A stretch of DNA of 64,000 nt from Gammaproteobacteria bacterium. Lineage in GTDB: Bacteria; Pseudomonadota; Gammaproteobacteria; SZUA-140. The position numbers and the translations under genes are program-made. How positions within the stretch are numbered: position 1 is the first letter of the stretch; each line of letters begins with the position of its first letter. The stretch lies in contig JALSIC010000026.1 in the NCBI GenBank assembly GCA_026981935.1, positions 65 to 64,064 of the forward strand. The letters are read 5' to 3'. Positions 46,540 to 58,142 of this stretch are shown piece after piece. The notes beneath the pieces were generated by a model. That model saw nothing but the letters and a program-made list of their open reading frames with translations. It had not been told where the DNA came from and made no database searches.

Positions 46540-47901
46540 ATGGCGACTGCTTCACACTACGACCTTCTCGTGCTCGGCGGCGGCAGCGGCGGGCTGGCCA
46601 TGGCACGCCGAGCCGCGGGACACGGCGCGCGCTGTGCCCTCATCGAGGCGGACAAGCTGGGCGGCACCTGCGTCCACCGCGGCTGCATCCCCAAGAAACT
46701 CTTCTGGTATGCCGCCCAGATCGCCCATGCCCTGGACATGGCGCCGGATTACGCTTTTGCCCTCGATCTCCCTTCCAGGCCCTTCGACTGGCCGCGCTTC
46801 AAGGTGGCCCGGGACGCCTATCTCAAGCGGCTCAATCAACTCTACGAAACAGGCCTCGAAGACAGCCACGTGACCCTGATCCGCGGCCATGGCCGGTTCG
46901 TGGACGAGCATACCCTGGAAGTGGAAGGCCGCCGCTACCAGGCCGATCACATCGTCATCGCCACCGGCAGCCGCCCGGTTGTCCCGACACTGCCCGGCGC
47001 CCGTTATGGCATCACCTCCGACGGCTTCTTCGGCCTGTTCACCCAGCCCCGGCGGGCAGCCATCGTGGGTTCGGGCTATATCGCCACCGAGCACGCCGCC
47101 CTGCTCCATGCCCTGGGCAGCGAGGTCACCCTGCTCATCCGTCGGGAGTGGTTCCTCAACGCCTTCGACGAAATGATCCGCAATGCCCTCATGGAAGAAA
47201 TGGAACGGCAGGGCATCCAGATCATGAGTAACGTCATGGTGGCCGGCATTGCCCGCGATGCCGAGGGCCAGCTGGAGATAACGACCACCAGTGGACAGCG
47301 CATCGCGGGCTTCGACTGCCTGCTGTGGGCGGTAGGCCGTGCACCCAACACCGATCATCTGGAGCTCGCGGCCGCCGGCGTACACCGGGACAGGGACGGC
47401 TTCGTTCCCACCGACGACTTCCAGAACACCAATGTCCCGGGCATCTATGCCGTGGGTGACGTCACCGGCCGGGCCGCACTGACACCCGTGGCCATCGCCG
47501 CCGGCCGCCGGCTCGCAGACCGCCTCTTCGGCGGCGAAGCGGGGAGCCATCTGGATTACGGCCTCATTCCCACGGTCATTTTCGCCCACCCCCCCGCCGC
47601 CAGCGCGGGCCTCACGGAAGATGCCGCCAGGTCCCGGCATGGCAGCGCGGTAAAGATCTATCAGACCCGCTTCGTTCCCCTGCAACAGGCCTTCGCCCAG
47701 GTGAAATCACGCTGTACCATGAAGCTGGTCACCGTGGGCACGGAAGAACGGGTCGTGGGTTGTCACATCGTGGGACCCGGGGCGGACGAGATGTTGCAGG
47801 GCTTCGTCGTGGCCATGGGCATGGGGGCATGCAAGCGCGATTTCGACCGGACGCTTGCCATCCATCCCACCGCCGCCGAGGAACTCGTATTGATGCGATA
47901 G
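46540..47901 (+). CDS. gor: Glutathione-disulfide reductase
   Basis: Pyridine-nucleotide disulfide oxidoreductase with redox-active GGTCVHRGCIPKK and a C-terminal dimerization domain with HPT motif; start at MATASHYD. Confidence 0.85.
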   Translation: MATASHYDLLVLGGGSGGLAMARRAAGHGARCALIEADKLGGTCVHRGCIPKKLFWYAAQIAHALDMAPDYAFALDLPSRPFDWPRFKVARDAYLKRLNQLYETGLEDSHVTLIRGHGRFVDEHTLEVEGRRYQADHIVIATGSRPVVPTLPGARYGITSDGFFGLFTQPRRAAIVGSGYIATEHAALLHALGSEVTLLIRREWFLNAFDEMIRNALMEEMERQGIQIMSNVMVAGIARDAEGQLEITTTSGQRIAGFDCLLWAVGRAPNTDHLELAAAGVHRDRDGFVPTDDFQNTNVPGIYAVGDVTGRAALTPVAIAAGRRLADRLFGGEAGSHLDYGLIPTVIFAHPPAASAGLTEDAARSRHGSAVKIYQTRFVPLQQAFAQVKSRCTMKLVTVGTEERVVGCHIVGPGADEMLQGFVVAMGMGACKRDFDRTLAIHPTAAEELVLMR

Positions 47902-47911
47902 GAGTCATGAT

Positions 47912-48445
47912 ATGACGATTCGAAGTTTCGACGGAATCAGCCCCACCATCGACCCTTCCGCCTATGTGGACGATACCGCCCTGGTGGTCGGCGACGTCAC
48001 CATCGCCGAAGACGCCTCCCTGTGGCCCATGACGGTGGCACGGGGAGACGTGCACCGCATCACCATCGGCGCACGCACCAACATCCAGGACGGCAGCGTG
48101 CTGCATGTCACCCAGGACAATGCCTTCACGCCCGGTGGTTTCGCCCTCACCATCGGTGCCGATGTCACGGTGGGACACGGCGCCATCCTCCATGCCTGCA
48201 CCATCGAGGACCTGGTGCTGGTGGGCATGGGTGCCACCGTGCTCGATGGCGCCGTGGTACGCAGCCGCGCCATGATCGGTGCAGGCGCCCTGGTACCGCC
48301 GGGCAAGGAACTGGAAGGAGGCTATCTCTATCTGGGCAGCCCCGTCAGGCAGGCGCGCCGCCTGACGGAGAAGGAACTGGACTACCTGGCGTTTTCATCC
48401 CGCCACTATGTGGCCTTGAAGAACCGCCACCAGCTGCAAAGATAA
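47912..48445 (+). CDS. Gamma-class carbonic anhydrase family protein (hexapeptide repeat, YrdA/PaaY-like)
   Basis: 177 aa; left-handed beta-helix hexapeptide repeats with conserved His ligands. Confidence 0.8.
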   Translation: MTIRSFDGISPTIDPSAYVDDTALVVGDVTIAEDASLWPMTVARGDVHRITIGARTNIQDGSVLHVTQDNAFTPGGFALTIGADVTVGHGAILHACTIEDLVLVGMGATVLDGAVVRSRAMIGAGALVPPGKELEGGYLYLGSPVRQARRLTEKELDYLAFSSRHYVALKNRHQLQR

Positions 48446-48450
48446 AGCCC

Positions 48451-49887
48451 TCAGTGCCGCTCCACATGCGGTGAGCCCGCGGCAGCCGGACCCCCGGACG
48501 ACGCACCGTCTTGTGCCATGGCCCCGTCCATCTCCGCTTCCAGGGCTGCGGCCAGGCCGTCCGCCAGCTCGGCGGGGGAAGGACTGCCAGCTGCCTTCAT
48601 GCGCTCGACGGCCTTCTCGTGGTCAGGATGCAGGGCCACCGCGCCGCCCAGCAACTGGCGGAAGATCTTGCCGGGACGGGTGAAGGCATGCTCCACGTCC
48701 GACAAGGAGGAAAGAGCACCCTTCATTTCCCTCATCAGTCCCGACAGGGTATCCAGCGCCCGCGTCAGGGTCATGTCGTCGCCAGCCGCTGCCTGGGACA
48801 CCTCACCGGCAGCACCGGCACCCGGCGCCTCAGGCATCGGGGCCGGCGTGTCTGCAGCCTGGACAGGCTGGACTGGCAGGGCCGCCACTTCCTGGTAGCT
48901 GGCGCTGGCCTGGCGCGCCACCGCAAGCTCCATGTCGAGACTGAAAGAAGCCAGTTCTTCACTGTCGAAACCCATTTCCATGGCCTTGGCAAAGGCCTGC
49001 TGCATGCCTTGTTCGAAAAAGCGGTCGGCCAGTTTGTCCACCTTTTTCATCAGGTCCTGAATGGCCTCGATCTCGTCTTCATCCAGCTCGCCGTTGACCG
49101 TGAGACTGAAATTGGCGCTGGCATAGACATTGCGCGCAACGGAAACGGAGACCGCCCCTTCGTCCACCTTGACCAGGGCATTCTGTTCGAAGCCCCGTTC
49201 GCTGGACAATGTCAGGGTCACCGTATCACCGTCCCGTGTCGTGATCTCCAGCTCAATGCGCTGTGACCGGCTGGCCGACAGCGCCACGGCCTGCTCGAAG
49301 GAAACGGGCGCAGGCTGCGGCGCATACTGCGCTTCCAGTTCCGCCAGTCCCGCCTCCAGGCTGGCCTGCGTCTCGTCCACCTGGCTCATGAGAGCGCCTT
49401 CTCCCACGCCCATGCCCGCCAGCACGTCCCGGGCACCGGCCACGCCCTGGCGCACGCCTTCGCGGGCCTGTGCCAGCAGGGCGCGCAATTCCTCCGCGCC
49501 GGCGCCCTGGCGCTGTGCCGACTGCAGGGTCTGCGCCACGGCATCGAGCACGCGCTTCGCCGCCGAGTAAGATGCGGCCGAAGAGACATCCGACGGGGCA
49601 TCGGGAGGTGTCTTCGACTGCACCGCTTGCGAGCCGGGCGGGCGGGTCTCGCCCAGCACGGGCTTGAGCGCCGTCATGACCTCGTGGCGGGTCACCTGCG
49701 CCGCCGCATCGGGCCGGGACAGCCAGTCCGGCGCGCCCGCGCCCTTGGCCGCAGACGGCACAGCGGCTTCGCCCCTGCTGTCACGAACCGTGATGAAGCT
49801 CTGAAAACGCTGAAAAAACGCCGAGCTGGCCGAAAACTCACGGTTCCAGCCCATACCCCCCATGCCCAATGAAAAACCCGTATTCAT
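48451..49887 (-). CDS. Hypothetical acidic Ala/Gln/Glu-rich protein (no signal peptide), co-oriented with the upstream beta-barrel gene
   Basis: 478 aa from the internal Met MNTGFSLGMGGMGW, which has an AAGGGGG RBS; the 5' extension of the long ORF overlaps the upstream gene and is rejected; no recognisable family. Confidence 0.5.
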   Translation of the reverse strand: MNTGFSLGMGGMGWNREFSASSAFFQRFQSFITVRDSRGEAAVPSAAKGAGAPDWLSRPDAAAQVTRHEVMTALKPVLGETRPPGSQAVQSKTPPDAPSDVSSAASYSAAKRVLDAVAQTLQSAQRQGAGAEELRALLAQAREGVRQGVAGARDVLAGMGVGEGALMSQVDETQASLEAGLAELEAQYAPQPAPVSFEQAVALSASRSQRIELEITTRDGDTVTLTLSSERGFEQNALVKVDEGAVSVSVARNVYASANFSLTVNGELDEDEIEAIQDLMKKVDKLADRFFEQGMQQAFAKAMEMGFDSEELASFSLDMELAVARQASASYQEVAALPVQPVQAADTPAPMPEAPGAGAAGEVSQAAAGDDMTLTRALDTLSGLMREMKGALSSLSDVEHAFTRPGKIFRQLLGGAVALHPDHEKAVERMKAAGSPSPAELADGLAAALEAEMDGAMAQDGASSGGPAAAGSPHVERH

Positions 49888-50027
49888 GGTGCCTTCCCCC
49901 TTTTCTTGCCGTGCCTGAGGCCTGCCTCCTCTGCACTGGCAGTGGAAATCAAAGGGGTTGTCGGAGATCTGAAAGAAATCTTTAACAGGATAATTTTGCG
50001 GCACCGCGCCCTGGCGGTCATTTCCTG

Positions 50028-51377
50028 TCAGAGGGTGACTTCCAGTCCCGTATTGATCACCAGACTCCGGGGCAAGGTGGTTCCATCGATGGAAACCGTC
50101 TCGGTCCCCATGGCGACGTCGAGCGTCCAGACCTTGAACAAGGTGAGGCCCGCCGTGACGTAACTGAGTTCGCTGCCGGCCAGGTTGGCGCGATAGCCCA
50201 GGCGCAGGCCGGGGATCAGCCAGCCGCTTCCCGCATAGGCGGCGCTCAGGGAGCCCCACTGATATTCATCACCGAGGGCATCCCGGATCGCATTGGCATC
50301 GAGCGCGGCATTGAACAGCCATTTGCCATCCTCCGTAAAAAGGGAAGCCTCCAGTTTCAACCGGCGTTCCATGACGTAGGCCTCCCGGGCCGCCAGCGTC
50401 CTCGCAATGGCGCCCGCGGGATCGAGATAGGCACTGACATCGAGACGGTCATATTCGAATTCAGGTTCGTTGAGGTTTTCCAGCGCAGCCCCCACCTGAT
50501 AACGTTCACCGCGCCACAACAGACCGAGATCGGCACCGATATCTTCACTCCAGTTGAATTCGGCGTCCTTGATGTCCTGGAAGATGTCTTGGGCATCACG
50601 TACATTGCCCAGCCGGGTGGCCACCCGCGTCAGCCCCACTCGGTAATACCTGAGGCGCAACCCGGCATAGAGATCACCTTGTTCCTGTGACCATATGCCC
50701 CTGCTGTAACCCAGGGCAAGCTCGATCACCGCCGCGCCCTTGGTCAACAGGGTGCTGTCATTGTCCACCTTGAAGGAAGCCGATGGTATATCGATGGTGA
50801 CATCGCCAATGGTCTGCACGGGGAGAAAGGGATCGAAGGCACCGGCGTCGAATTCAACTTTCTCGACAAGGCCGACAGCCTTGGAAGTGGCGGATGCATT
50901 GACATCCACCACGAGGGTGCCGCCCAGACCGCGATGAGCCACCACGACGGGCATCACCGGCGCTTCCATGGAGGCAAATGCCTTGCCATAGCCCTTGTCC
51001 TGGATCTCGGCGAGGACACCATTGAGCCTGTCCACCTGGCGATTCACGCTCCCGGGAATGTCGGCCAGATCGAGAATGGCCAGGCCGCTGTTCTGAAAGG
51101 CGCGCGCCTGTTCATCTATGGTGTCAAACAGGTCGTCCACGGCGCCATATTCCACGCCCAGGCCCATGGCGCTGAGAATGCCGAAGCGGTAGCGGTTTCC
51201 CTCCTGGCGGTCCAGCGCCACGGCGCCGGCTGCGGGATTGGTCACATCCGAAAGAACGCTCAGGCCGTTGCTGACCTCGCCATAGGTCAGATTGGGCCCG
51301 TAGGGATGATAGGGCGGTGCCGCAAGAACCATGCAAGTTGTCAGTATCAGTGCTGCCGCGAGGAACAAAGGTTTCAT
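50028..51377 (-). CDS. Secreted outer-membrane beta-barrel protein, TraF_2-like (annotated in databases as conjugal transfer TraF-like)
   Basis: 449 aa from MKPLFLAAALILTTCMVLA (signal peptide); alternating amphipathic beta-strand pattern toward the C-terminus. Confidence 0.5.
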   Translation of the reverse strand: MKPLFLAAALILTTCMVLAAPPYHPYGPNLTYGEVSNGLSVLSDVTNPAAGAVALDRQEGNRYRFGILSAMGLGVEYGAVDDLFDTIDEQARAFQNSGLAILDLADIPGSVNRQVDRLNGVLAEIQDKGYGKAFASMEAPVMPVVVAHRGLGGTLVVDVNASATSKAVGLVEKVEFDAGAFDPFLPVQTIGDVTIDIPSASFKVDNDSTLLTKGAAVIELALGYSRGIWSQEQGDLYAGLRLRYYRVGLTRVATRLGNVRDAQDIFQDIKDAEFNWSEDIGADLGLLWRGERYQVGAALENLNEPEFEYDRLDVSAYLDPAGAIARTLAAREAYVMERRLKLEASLFTEDGKWLFNAALDANAIRDALGDEYQWGSLSAAYAGSGWLIPGLRLGYRANLAGSELSYVTAGLTLFKVWTLDVAMGTETVSIDGTTLPRSLVINTGLEVTL

Positions 51378-51689
51378 ATGAGCCTCCCCGAAATTATTCT
51401 TCTCTGAAAATCCCGGATTACCAGGCCGGTCGATACATTGTTGCCGGGTTGATACCATTGCCCATGTTACAATACCCCTTTTGGACAATCACTGCTCTGC
51501 ATGAACCCCCGTTTTTCCCTCTTGATGACTGCAACCCTCGTGCAGCTCGGAAAAGGCGTCACTCATCCCGGTCCCGCCACGTTTCATACGGGCCATGCAT
51601 TCAGATAACCCTCAATGATCAGTGCCCTGTCTTTCTCCCTTCTTTGCTATTACCACAACACCTCTTTGTCGTTTCCATCACACGCCCTT

Positions 51690-51960
51690 GTCATCCCGGC
51701 CGAAGGGAACAGGCCTGCCCCCCTGCCTCCAGATTTCTCGCTGCGCTCGAAATGACAAGGGTAGTGTCATTCCACTCCCTTGTCATTTCTGTCGCAGGAA
51801 GAAATCTCGTGTCGGCGGCTTCAGATTCCTCGCTGTGCCCGGAATGACAAAGAAGCGTTTCAACCTCACACCCCTGCCACTCCCACTACACCTCCCTGTC
51901 ATTTCGACCGAAGGGAGAAATCCTGCCCCACTGCCAGCGGATTGCTCGCCGCGCTTCATC
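51690..51960. repeat. Cluster of about 5 REP-like imperfect palindromes (CTTGTCATTTC...GAAATGACAAG family)
   Basis: Direct reading; same family as 37809-37985. Confidence 0.7.
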
Positions 51961-51972
51961 GGGCCACGCCTG

Positions 51973-52821
51973 TCAGGTATCGGGGTGATTCTCAACAGGC
52001 CAGTCATGCAGGTATTTGTGGAAAAACGCCTCCAGGCCTTTTGTGTAGATCCCAAGTGAAGTGAGATAGCCCTGGTAATGATTGCCGCTGATTTCCAGGA
52101 ATGACTTGGGTGGCGGCGCAGCCGCAAACAGCTGTTCGCCGTGGGAGAAGGGAATGACCTCGTCTTCCCGGCTGTGGATCACCAGTACCGGGCAGCGGGC
52201 CTGGCGCACGAATTCCAGCACGGGGTAGCGGTAGCGCGCCAGGAGGCGCACGGGGAGAAAAGGATGGTGTACCGCCGCCGCATCGGGCAGGGAGGTGAAA
52301 GTGGATTCCAGCACCAGGGCGCCCGGCGGGTGCCGGGCCGCCACGGCTGCGGCGATGGCCGCACCCAGGGACCGGCCCAGCAGGACGATGCGCCGGGGCG
52401 GGATGCCGCGTGCCTCCACCAGATATGTCCAGGCCGCCTCGCCGTCCCGGTAGGTGCCCTCTTCGTCGGGCTCGCCTTCGCTCTCGCCATAGCCCCGGTA
52501 GTCGAAAAGAAACACGGACAGGCCCAGGCCATGAAACATCTCGATGGTCTCCATACGATCCGAGATGTTGCCGCGGTTGCCATGGAAGAAACACAGGACG
52601 TGAAGGGCGCCCGGGCAAGGCACGAACCAGCCCCTCAGACGCACCCCGTCCACCGTGGTCAGCGTGACGGATTCGTAGGACAGGCCATGCTCGGCTGGTG
52701 TGGTGACCATGTCGCGCCGCGGGAGATAGACCCGCCGCGACTGGTTGCGGTAGACATGCCACAGTGCGCCTGCATAGGCGACGAGGGCGATGGCAAAAAG
52801 GGAAGAAAACAATACAAGCAA
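51973..52821 (-). CDS. Alpha/beta hydrolase
   Basis: 282 aa; N-terminal TM anchor and nucleophile elbow GRSLGAA. Confidence 0.75.
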   Translation of the reverse strand: MLVLFSSLFAIALVAYAGALWHVYRNQSRRVYLPRRDMVTTPAEHGLSYESVTLTTVDGVRLRGWFVPCPGALHVLCFFHGNRGNISDRMETIEMFHGLGLSVFLFDYRGYGESEGEPDEEGTYRDGEAAWTYLVEARGIPPRRIVLLGRSLGAAIAAAVAARHPPGALVLESTFTSLPDAAAVHHPFLPVRLLARYRYPVLEFVRQARCPVLVIHSREDEVIPFSHGEQLFAAAPPPKSFLEISGNHYQGYLTSLGIYTKGLEAFFHKYLHDWPVENHPDT

Positions 52822-52868
52822 AACCGGTCAGCCGTTTTTTCCGTTCAGAGGATGGCGCCTTTCTCACC

Positions 52869-53723
52869 TCAGGCGCGCAAGGTATCCCGTACCAGGGCGA
52901 TCACGGGCGCCGTCTCCGGCCGCACGCCGCGCCAGAGAAAGAAAGACTCGGCAGCCTGTTCCACCAGCATGCCCAAGCCGTCGTGGCACCGGTCGGCCCC
53001 ATGGGTCGTCGCCCACCGCAGAAAGGCCGTGGGCTCGGCGCCATACATCATGTCGTAACACCCCGCGCCCTCTGCCAGGATCGTATCGGGCAGGGGCGGC
53101 ACCGTTCCCTGGAGGCTGGCAGCGGTCCCGTTGATCACCACATCGAAGGTCCGCCCGCCCAGGTCATCGAAACCGCAGCCGCTTACCGGAACATCGCCCG
53201 CAAACGCCGCTGCCAGTTCCTCGGCCCGATGGACCGTGCGGTTGGCGATCACGATACAGGCCGGCCGCTGCGAAAGCAGGGGACCCAGTACGCCGCGCAC
53301 GGCGCCGCCCGCGCCCAGCACCAGCAGGCGGCGCCCGGCAATGACCATGCCCAGGTTCTCCACCAGGTCGCGTACCAGGCCCACGCCGTCGGTATTGTCG
53401 CCGTAGATACTCCCGTCGGGCCGGAACAGAAAGGTGTTCACAGCCCCAGCAGGCTCGGCGCGTTCACTGCGCTCGTCCGCGAGCGCCCAGGCCTCGCGCT
53501 TGAAAGGCACGGTGATGTTGAGCCCCTTGCCACCGCTGGCGCGAAAATTGCCCACCGCCTGGGGGAAACCGCCCTCGTCCACCTGGATGGCCTCGTAGAC
53601 CATGCGCTGCCCAGTCTGGCGGGCAAAGGCGGCATGGATCAGGGGTGACTTGCTGTGGGCGATGGGGTTGCCCATCACGGCGTAACGGTCCGGCGGGGCG
53701 TCGAAATCAAAAATGTCGCTCAT
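52869..53723 (-). CDS. aroE: Shikimate dehydrogenase
   Basis: 284 aa; AroE motifs ([25 protein letters not shown]). Confidence 0.9.
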   Translation of the reverse strand: MSDIFDFDAPPDRYAVMGNPIAHSKSPLIHAAFARQTGQRMVYEAIQVDEGGFPQAVGNFRASGGKGLNITVPFKREAWALADERSERAEPAGAVNTFLFRPDGSIYGDNTDGVGLVRDLVENLGMVIAGRRLLVLGAGGAVRGVLGPLLSQRPACIVIANRTVHRAEELAAAFAGDVPVSGCGFDDLGGRTFDVVINGTAASLQGTVPPLPDTILAEGAGCYDMMYGAEPTAFLRWATTHGADRCHDGLGMLVEQAAESFFLWRGVRPETAPVIALVRDTLRA

Positions 53724-53729
53724 GGTGGC

Positions 53730-54989
53730 TCAAACGCTGTAGAACAGGCCCTTGAGTATGAAATAGAACAGGATGGCGAGAAAGGCGCCGGCAGGCAGGG
53801 TCACCACCCAGGACATGAAGATGGTACGGATCACCCGCATGTTGAGGGCCGCAATGCCCCGCGCCATGCCCACGCCCAGCACGGCACCCACCAGGGTGTG
53901 GGTGGTGGAGATGGGCAGGCCCGTGCCCGAGGCCACCACCACCGTGGCCGCCGCCGCCAGGGTGGCGGCGAAACCGCGACTGGGCGTCAGCTCGGTGATG
54001 TTGCTGCCCACCGTGGCGATCACCTTGTGGCCATAGGTCATGAGACCCACCACGATACCCACGCCCCCCAGGATGAGGATCCACACCGCCATGGGAGACT
54101 TCTGGCTCACCACGCCGCCACTCTCCACGATGCTCACCACGGCGGCGATGGGGCCCACGGCATTGGCCACGTCATTGGAGCCATGGGCAAAGGCCATGGC
54201 ACACGCGGTCACCATCATCAGCACCGCGAAGACCTTCTCCACGTTGGCGAAATGGAAGTCCCGGTCCGCTTCCGGATCCATCTGGATGCGACGGATGAAA
54301 ACCTGGCTCACTGCGGCAATGCCCAGTCCGACGAGCAGTGCCAGCAGGTAGCAGGCCAGGGTGCTGAGTTCCAGCCCCAGGTGCTTGAGACCCTTGAGCA
54401 GGGTCACCAGTGCAATGACGAAACCGGTGAGAAAGATGTAGCCGGGCACGAAACGCTTGGCATTGCGAAAGGGCTCGTCGGTATCGATGATGAGGCGCTG
54501 CACGCTCATGAACAGGCCGTAGGCGATGGCGCCCGCAAGCAGCGGAGACACCACCCAGCTCATGACAATGGTGCCCACCTTGCCCCAGTTGACCGCTTCC
54601 ATTCCGATACCCACCGCGGCAAAGCCCACGATGGCCCCCACGATGGAATGGGTAGTGGAAACCGGCCAGCCGAAATAGGAAGCCACCAGCAGCCAGATGC
54701 CCGCCGCCAGCAGGGAGGCCAGCATCCCGTAGACCAGCAGCTCCGGCGTACCCGCCAGGAGCGAGGCATCCACCATACCCTTGCGAATGGTCTCGGTCAC
54801 CTGGCCGCCGGCGAGGAAGGCACCGGCGAATTCGAACACCGCCGCCACGACCACAGCCTGGCGGATGGTCAGCGCCCGTGATCCCACCGAGGTACCCATG
54901 GCGTTGGCCACGTCGTTGGCACCGATACCCCAGGCCATGAAAAAACCGAAGGCACAGGCGAGGATGATGTAGACCGTCCCGAGTTCCAT
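53730..54989 (-). CDS. pitA: Inorganic phosphate transporter, PiT family
   Basis: 419 aa; duplicated PiT signature GANDVANA in both halves. Confidence 0.9.
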   Translation of the reverse strand: MELGTVYIILACAFGFFMAWGIGANDVANAMGTSVGSRALTIRQAVVVAAVFEFAGAFLAGGQVTETIRKGMVDASLLAGTPELLVYGMLASLLAAGIWLLVASYFGWPVSTTHSIVGAIVGFAAVGIGMEAVNWGKVGTIVMSWVVSPLLAGAIAYGLFMSVQRLIIDTDEPFRNAKRFVPGYIFLTGFVIALVTLLKGLKHLGLELSTLACYLLALLVGLGIAAVSQVFIRRIQMDPEADRDFHFANVEKVFAVLMMVTACAMAFAHGSNDVANAVGPIAAVVSIVESGGVVSQKSPMAVWILILGGVGIVVGLMTYGHKVIATVGSNITELTPSRGFAATLAAAATVVVASGTGLPISTTHTLVGAVLGVGMARGIAALNMRVIRTIFMSWVVTLPAGAFLAILFYFILKGLFYSV

Positions 54990-55010
54990 GCCGGTTCCTT
55001 TGTGCTTGTT

Positions 55011-55685
55011 CTACTTGGCCAGCATGAGCTGCAGCCGGCTGCCCACCCGCTGGGCCAGATCCGCCACGTCCCCCACCCATTCGATGATCTTGTAGAGGAA
55101 CATCACGTCCACGGGGTAAAGATCCTTCTCGATCTCGAACAGCGCGGCGCGCAGCGCCACCTGGAGCACGTCGGTGTCGTTTTCGATCTTGTTGAGGGTC
55201 TTGATGAGCTTCTTCACCAGGCGCACTTCGTTGCCGCGGAAACCGGTCTCCAGCAGCTCGTCGAATTCGTCGATGGCCTTGCGCGCCTGCAACGAGGCAT
55301 CGACGCTGCGCCTGACATATTCCAGGAAACGGGCTGCCAGGGGCTCGGGAATGGTCATGCGCCGCCCCAGCGTGAGGCCGGCGATGTCCTTGGCCTTGTT
55401 GGCCAGTTCGTCCTGGACCGTGAGCAGGTCGAGGAGATCGCGTCGTGAAACCGGCAGGAACACCCCCTTGGGCAGGTGCAGGCGCAATTCCTTCTTGAGC
55501 GCGTCCGCCTCGTGCTCCAGGGCCACGATCTTCTCCTGGATGCGGCGCATGCCCTCCTCGTCGGCAGCGATCACGGCCTCGAAAAAGGGCACCAGCTGGG
55601 CCACGCAGTCCAGCGCCTTGGCCATGTGCTGCTGCAGGGGACGCACCGGCGAACTGCCGAACATGCGATAGAGATAATTGGACAT
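55011..55685 (-). CDS. DUF47/TIGR00153 PhoU-like phosphate transport regulator (Pit accessory protein)
   Basis: 224 aa; conserved pairing with the PiT transporter. Confidence 0.85.
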   Translation of the reverse strand: MSNYLYRMFGSSPVRPLQQHMAKALDCVAQLVPFFEAVIAADEEGMRRIQEKIVALEHEADALKKELRLHLPKGVFLPVSRRDLLDLLTVQDELANKAKDIAGLTLGRRMTIPEPLAARFLEYVRRSVDASLQARKAIDEFDELLETGFRGNEVRLVKKLIKTLNKIENDTDVLQVALRAALFEIEKDLYPVDVMFLYKIIEWVGDVADLAQRVGSRLQLMLAK

Positions 55686-55714
55686 GCGTTAAACCGTCCC
55701 GCTGCGCACCGGCT

Positions 55715-56800
<1,086 letters not shown>

Positions 56801-57898
56801 TTACTTCTTGGGAGCCGCCTTTTTCACTGCTGTCTTTTTTTTGGGCGCTGCCTTTTTCTTGACCGTCTTCTTTACACTGGCCTTCTTCGAAGCGACTTTC
56901 TTCGTGGAAGCCTGCTTCTTGGGCGTGGTCTTCTTGGTCACAGCCCCCTTCACCCGTGTCTTTTTGACGGCAGACGCCTTTTTCGCGGCGGCCTGCCTTG
57001 TGCTCGCGGCCTTCCTGGCGGCTGTCTTTTTCGTCACCGTTTTTTTCGTGCTCGCGGCCTTTTTGGCCGACCTGGATTTTGGCCCGGATTTTGACTGGGA
57101 TTTTGACTGGGATTTTGATTGGGATTTCGATCTGGCCGCCTGTTTTTCCGCGCCGGCTGCGGTGCCCGGCGCGGCCTTCTTCTTGCCCGCCGCCTTTTTC
57201 ATGGCGCCGATGGCCCGTGCGGCGGCGGAAGGTGCGGTCGTCTCCTCTGCCAGTGTCTCTTCCACGACCTTGCTGATGGCCGCGAACACGTCCTCGATCT
57301 CTCCCAGGCCCTGCACTGTCCGCAGCTTGCCCTGTTTGCGGTAATAATCGATGAGCGGTGCCGTCTGGTTTTCATAGACACGCAAGCGGTTGCCGATGGT
57401 CTCCTCGTTGTCGTCTGCGCGGTGACGCAGATTGCCGCCGCAGACATCACAGCGGTCCTCGAGCTTGGGAGGCGAGGAATAGATATTGTACATCTGGCCA
57501 CAGGACTCGCAGGTCCGCCGACCCGTCATGCGCTGCATGAGGATGTCCAGGTCGATGTCGATGAGCACCGCGAGCTGCAGGGGTTTGCCCAGATTCTCCA
57601 GCATGGCGTCCAGCGCCTCCGCCTGCGCCAGGTTGCGGGGAAATCCGTCGAGAATGAATCCCTTGCGCGCATCCGGATGAGACAGGCGCTCGCGGATCAT
57701 GGCCAGCACGATATCATCCGACACCAGCCTGCCCTCGTCCATGGCGGCCTTGGCCTGGAGGCCCAGGGGGGTCCCTGCCCTGACCGCGGCACGCAACAGA
57801 TCTCCCGTTGAGACCTGGGGGACATGGTACTTCCTGGTCAGTAATTTGGCCTGCGTCCCCTTCCCGGAGCCGGGTGCCCCCAGCAATACGATTCTCAT
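56801..57898 (-). CDS. adk: Adenylate kinase (long-lid, Cys4 zinc type) with a ~150-aa C-terminal histone-H1-like Lys/Ala/Ser-rich extension
   Basis: N-terminal 215 aa is canonical Adk (GAPGSGKGTQ P-loop; lid CESCGQ...CDVCGG); the same ORF continues into (SKSQ)n and AKKA/TKKT repeats with no stop; the (SKSQ)n run is encoded by a GATTTTGACTGG-like DNA tandem repeat at 57088-57135. Confidence 0.85.
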   Translation of the reverse strand: MRIVLLGAPGSGKGTQAKLLTRKYHVPQVSTGDLLRAAVRAGTPLGLQAKAAMDEGRLVSDDIVLAMIRERLSHPDARKGFILDGFPRNLAQAEALDAMLENLGKPLQLAVLIDIDLDILMQRMTGRRTCESCGQMYNIYSSPPKLEDRCDVCGGNLRHRADDNEETIGNRLRVYENQTAPLIDYYRKQGKLRTVQGLGEIEDVFAAISKVVEETLAEETTAPSAAARAIGAMKKAAGKKKAAPGTAAGAEKQAARSKSQSKSQSKSQSKSGPKSRSAKKAASTKKTVTKKTAARKAASTRQAAAKKASAVKKTRVKGAVTKKTTPKKQASTKKVASKKASVKKTVKKKAAPKKKTAVKKAAPKK

Positions 57899-58142
57899 CT
57901 CGGCGTCACTCCGTTTCGTGGTTTCTCGTTGTCTCGTTTTTCATTTTTCTCATTCTGGACAAGCCATTAACGAATCGCCCACAGCCTTCCTCACGATCGC
58001 CTCACATCGGGCGGGGCATGCCTGATCTTGATTTTATGGCGGTTATACCGTTTTTTGGCGCCCATGGAAAGCGCATTTTGCTGAGTCCGGCCGGCCTGCC
58101 GTGTTACTGTATGGCCTGCCAGCAACACAAAGGGAGGATGCC

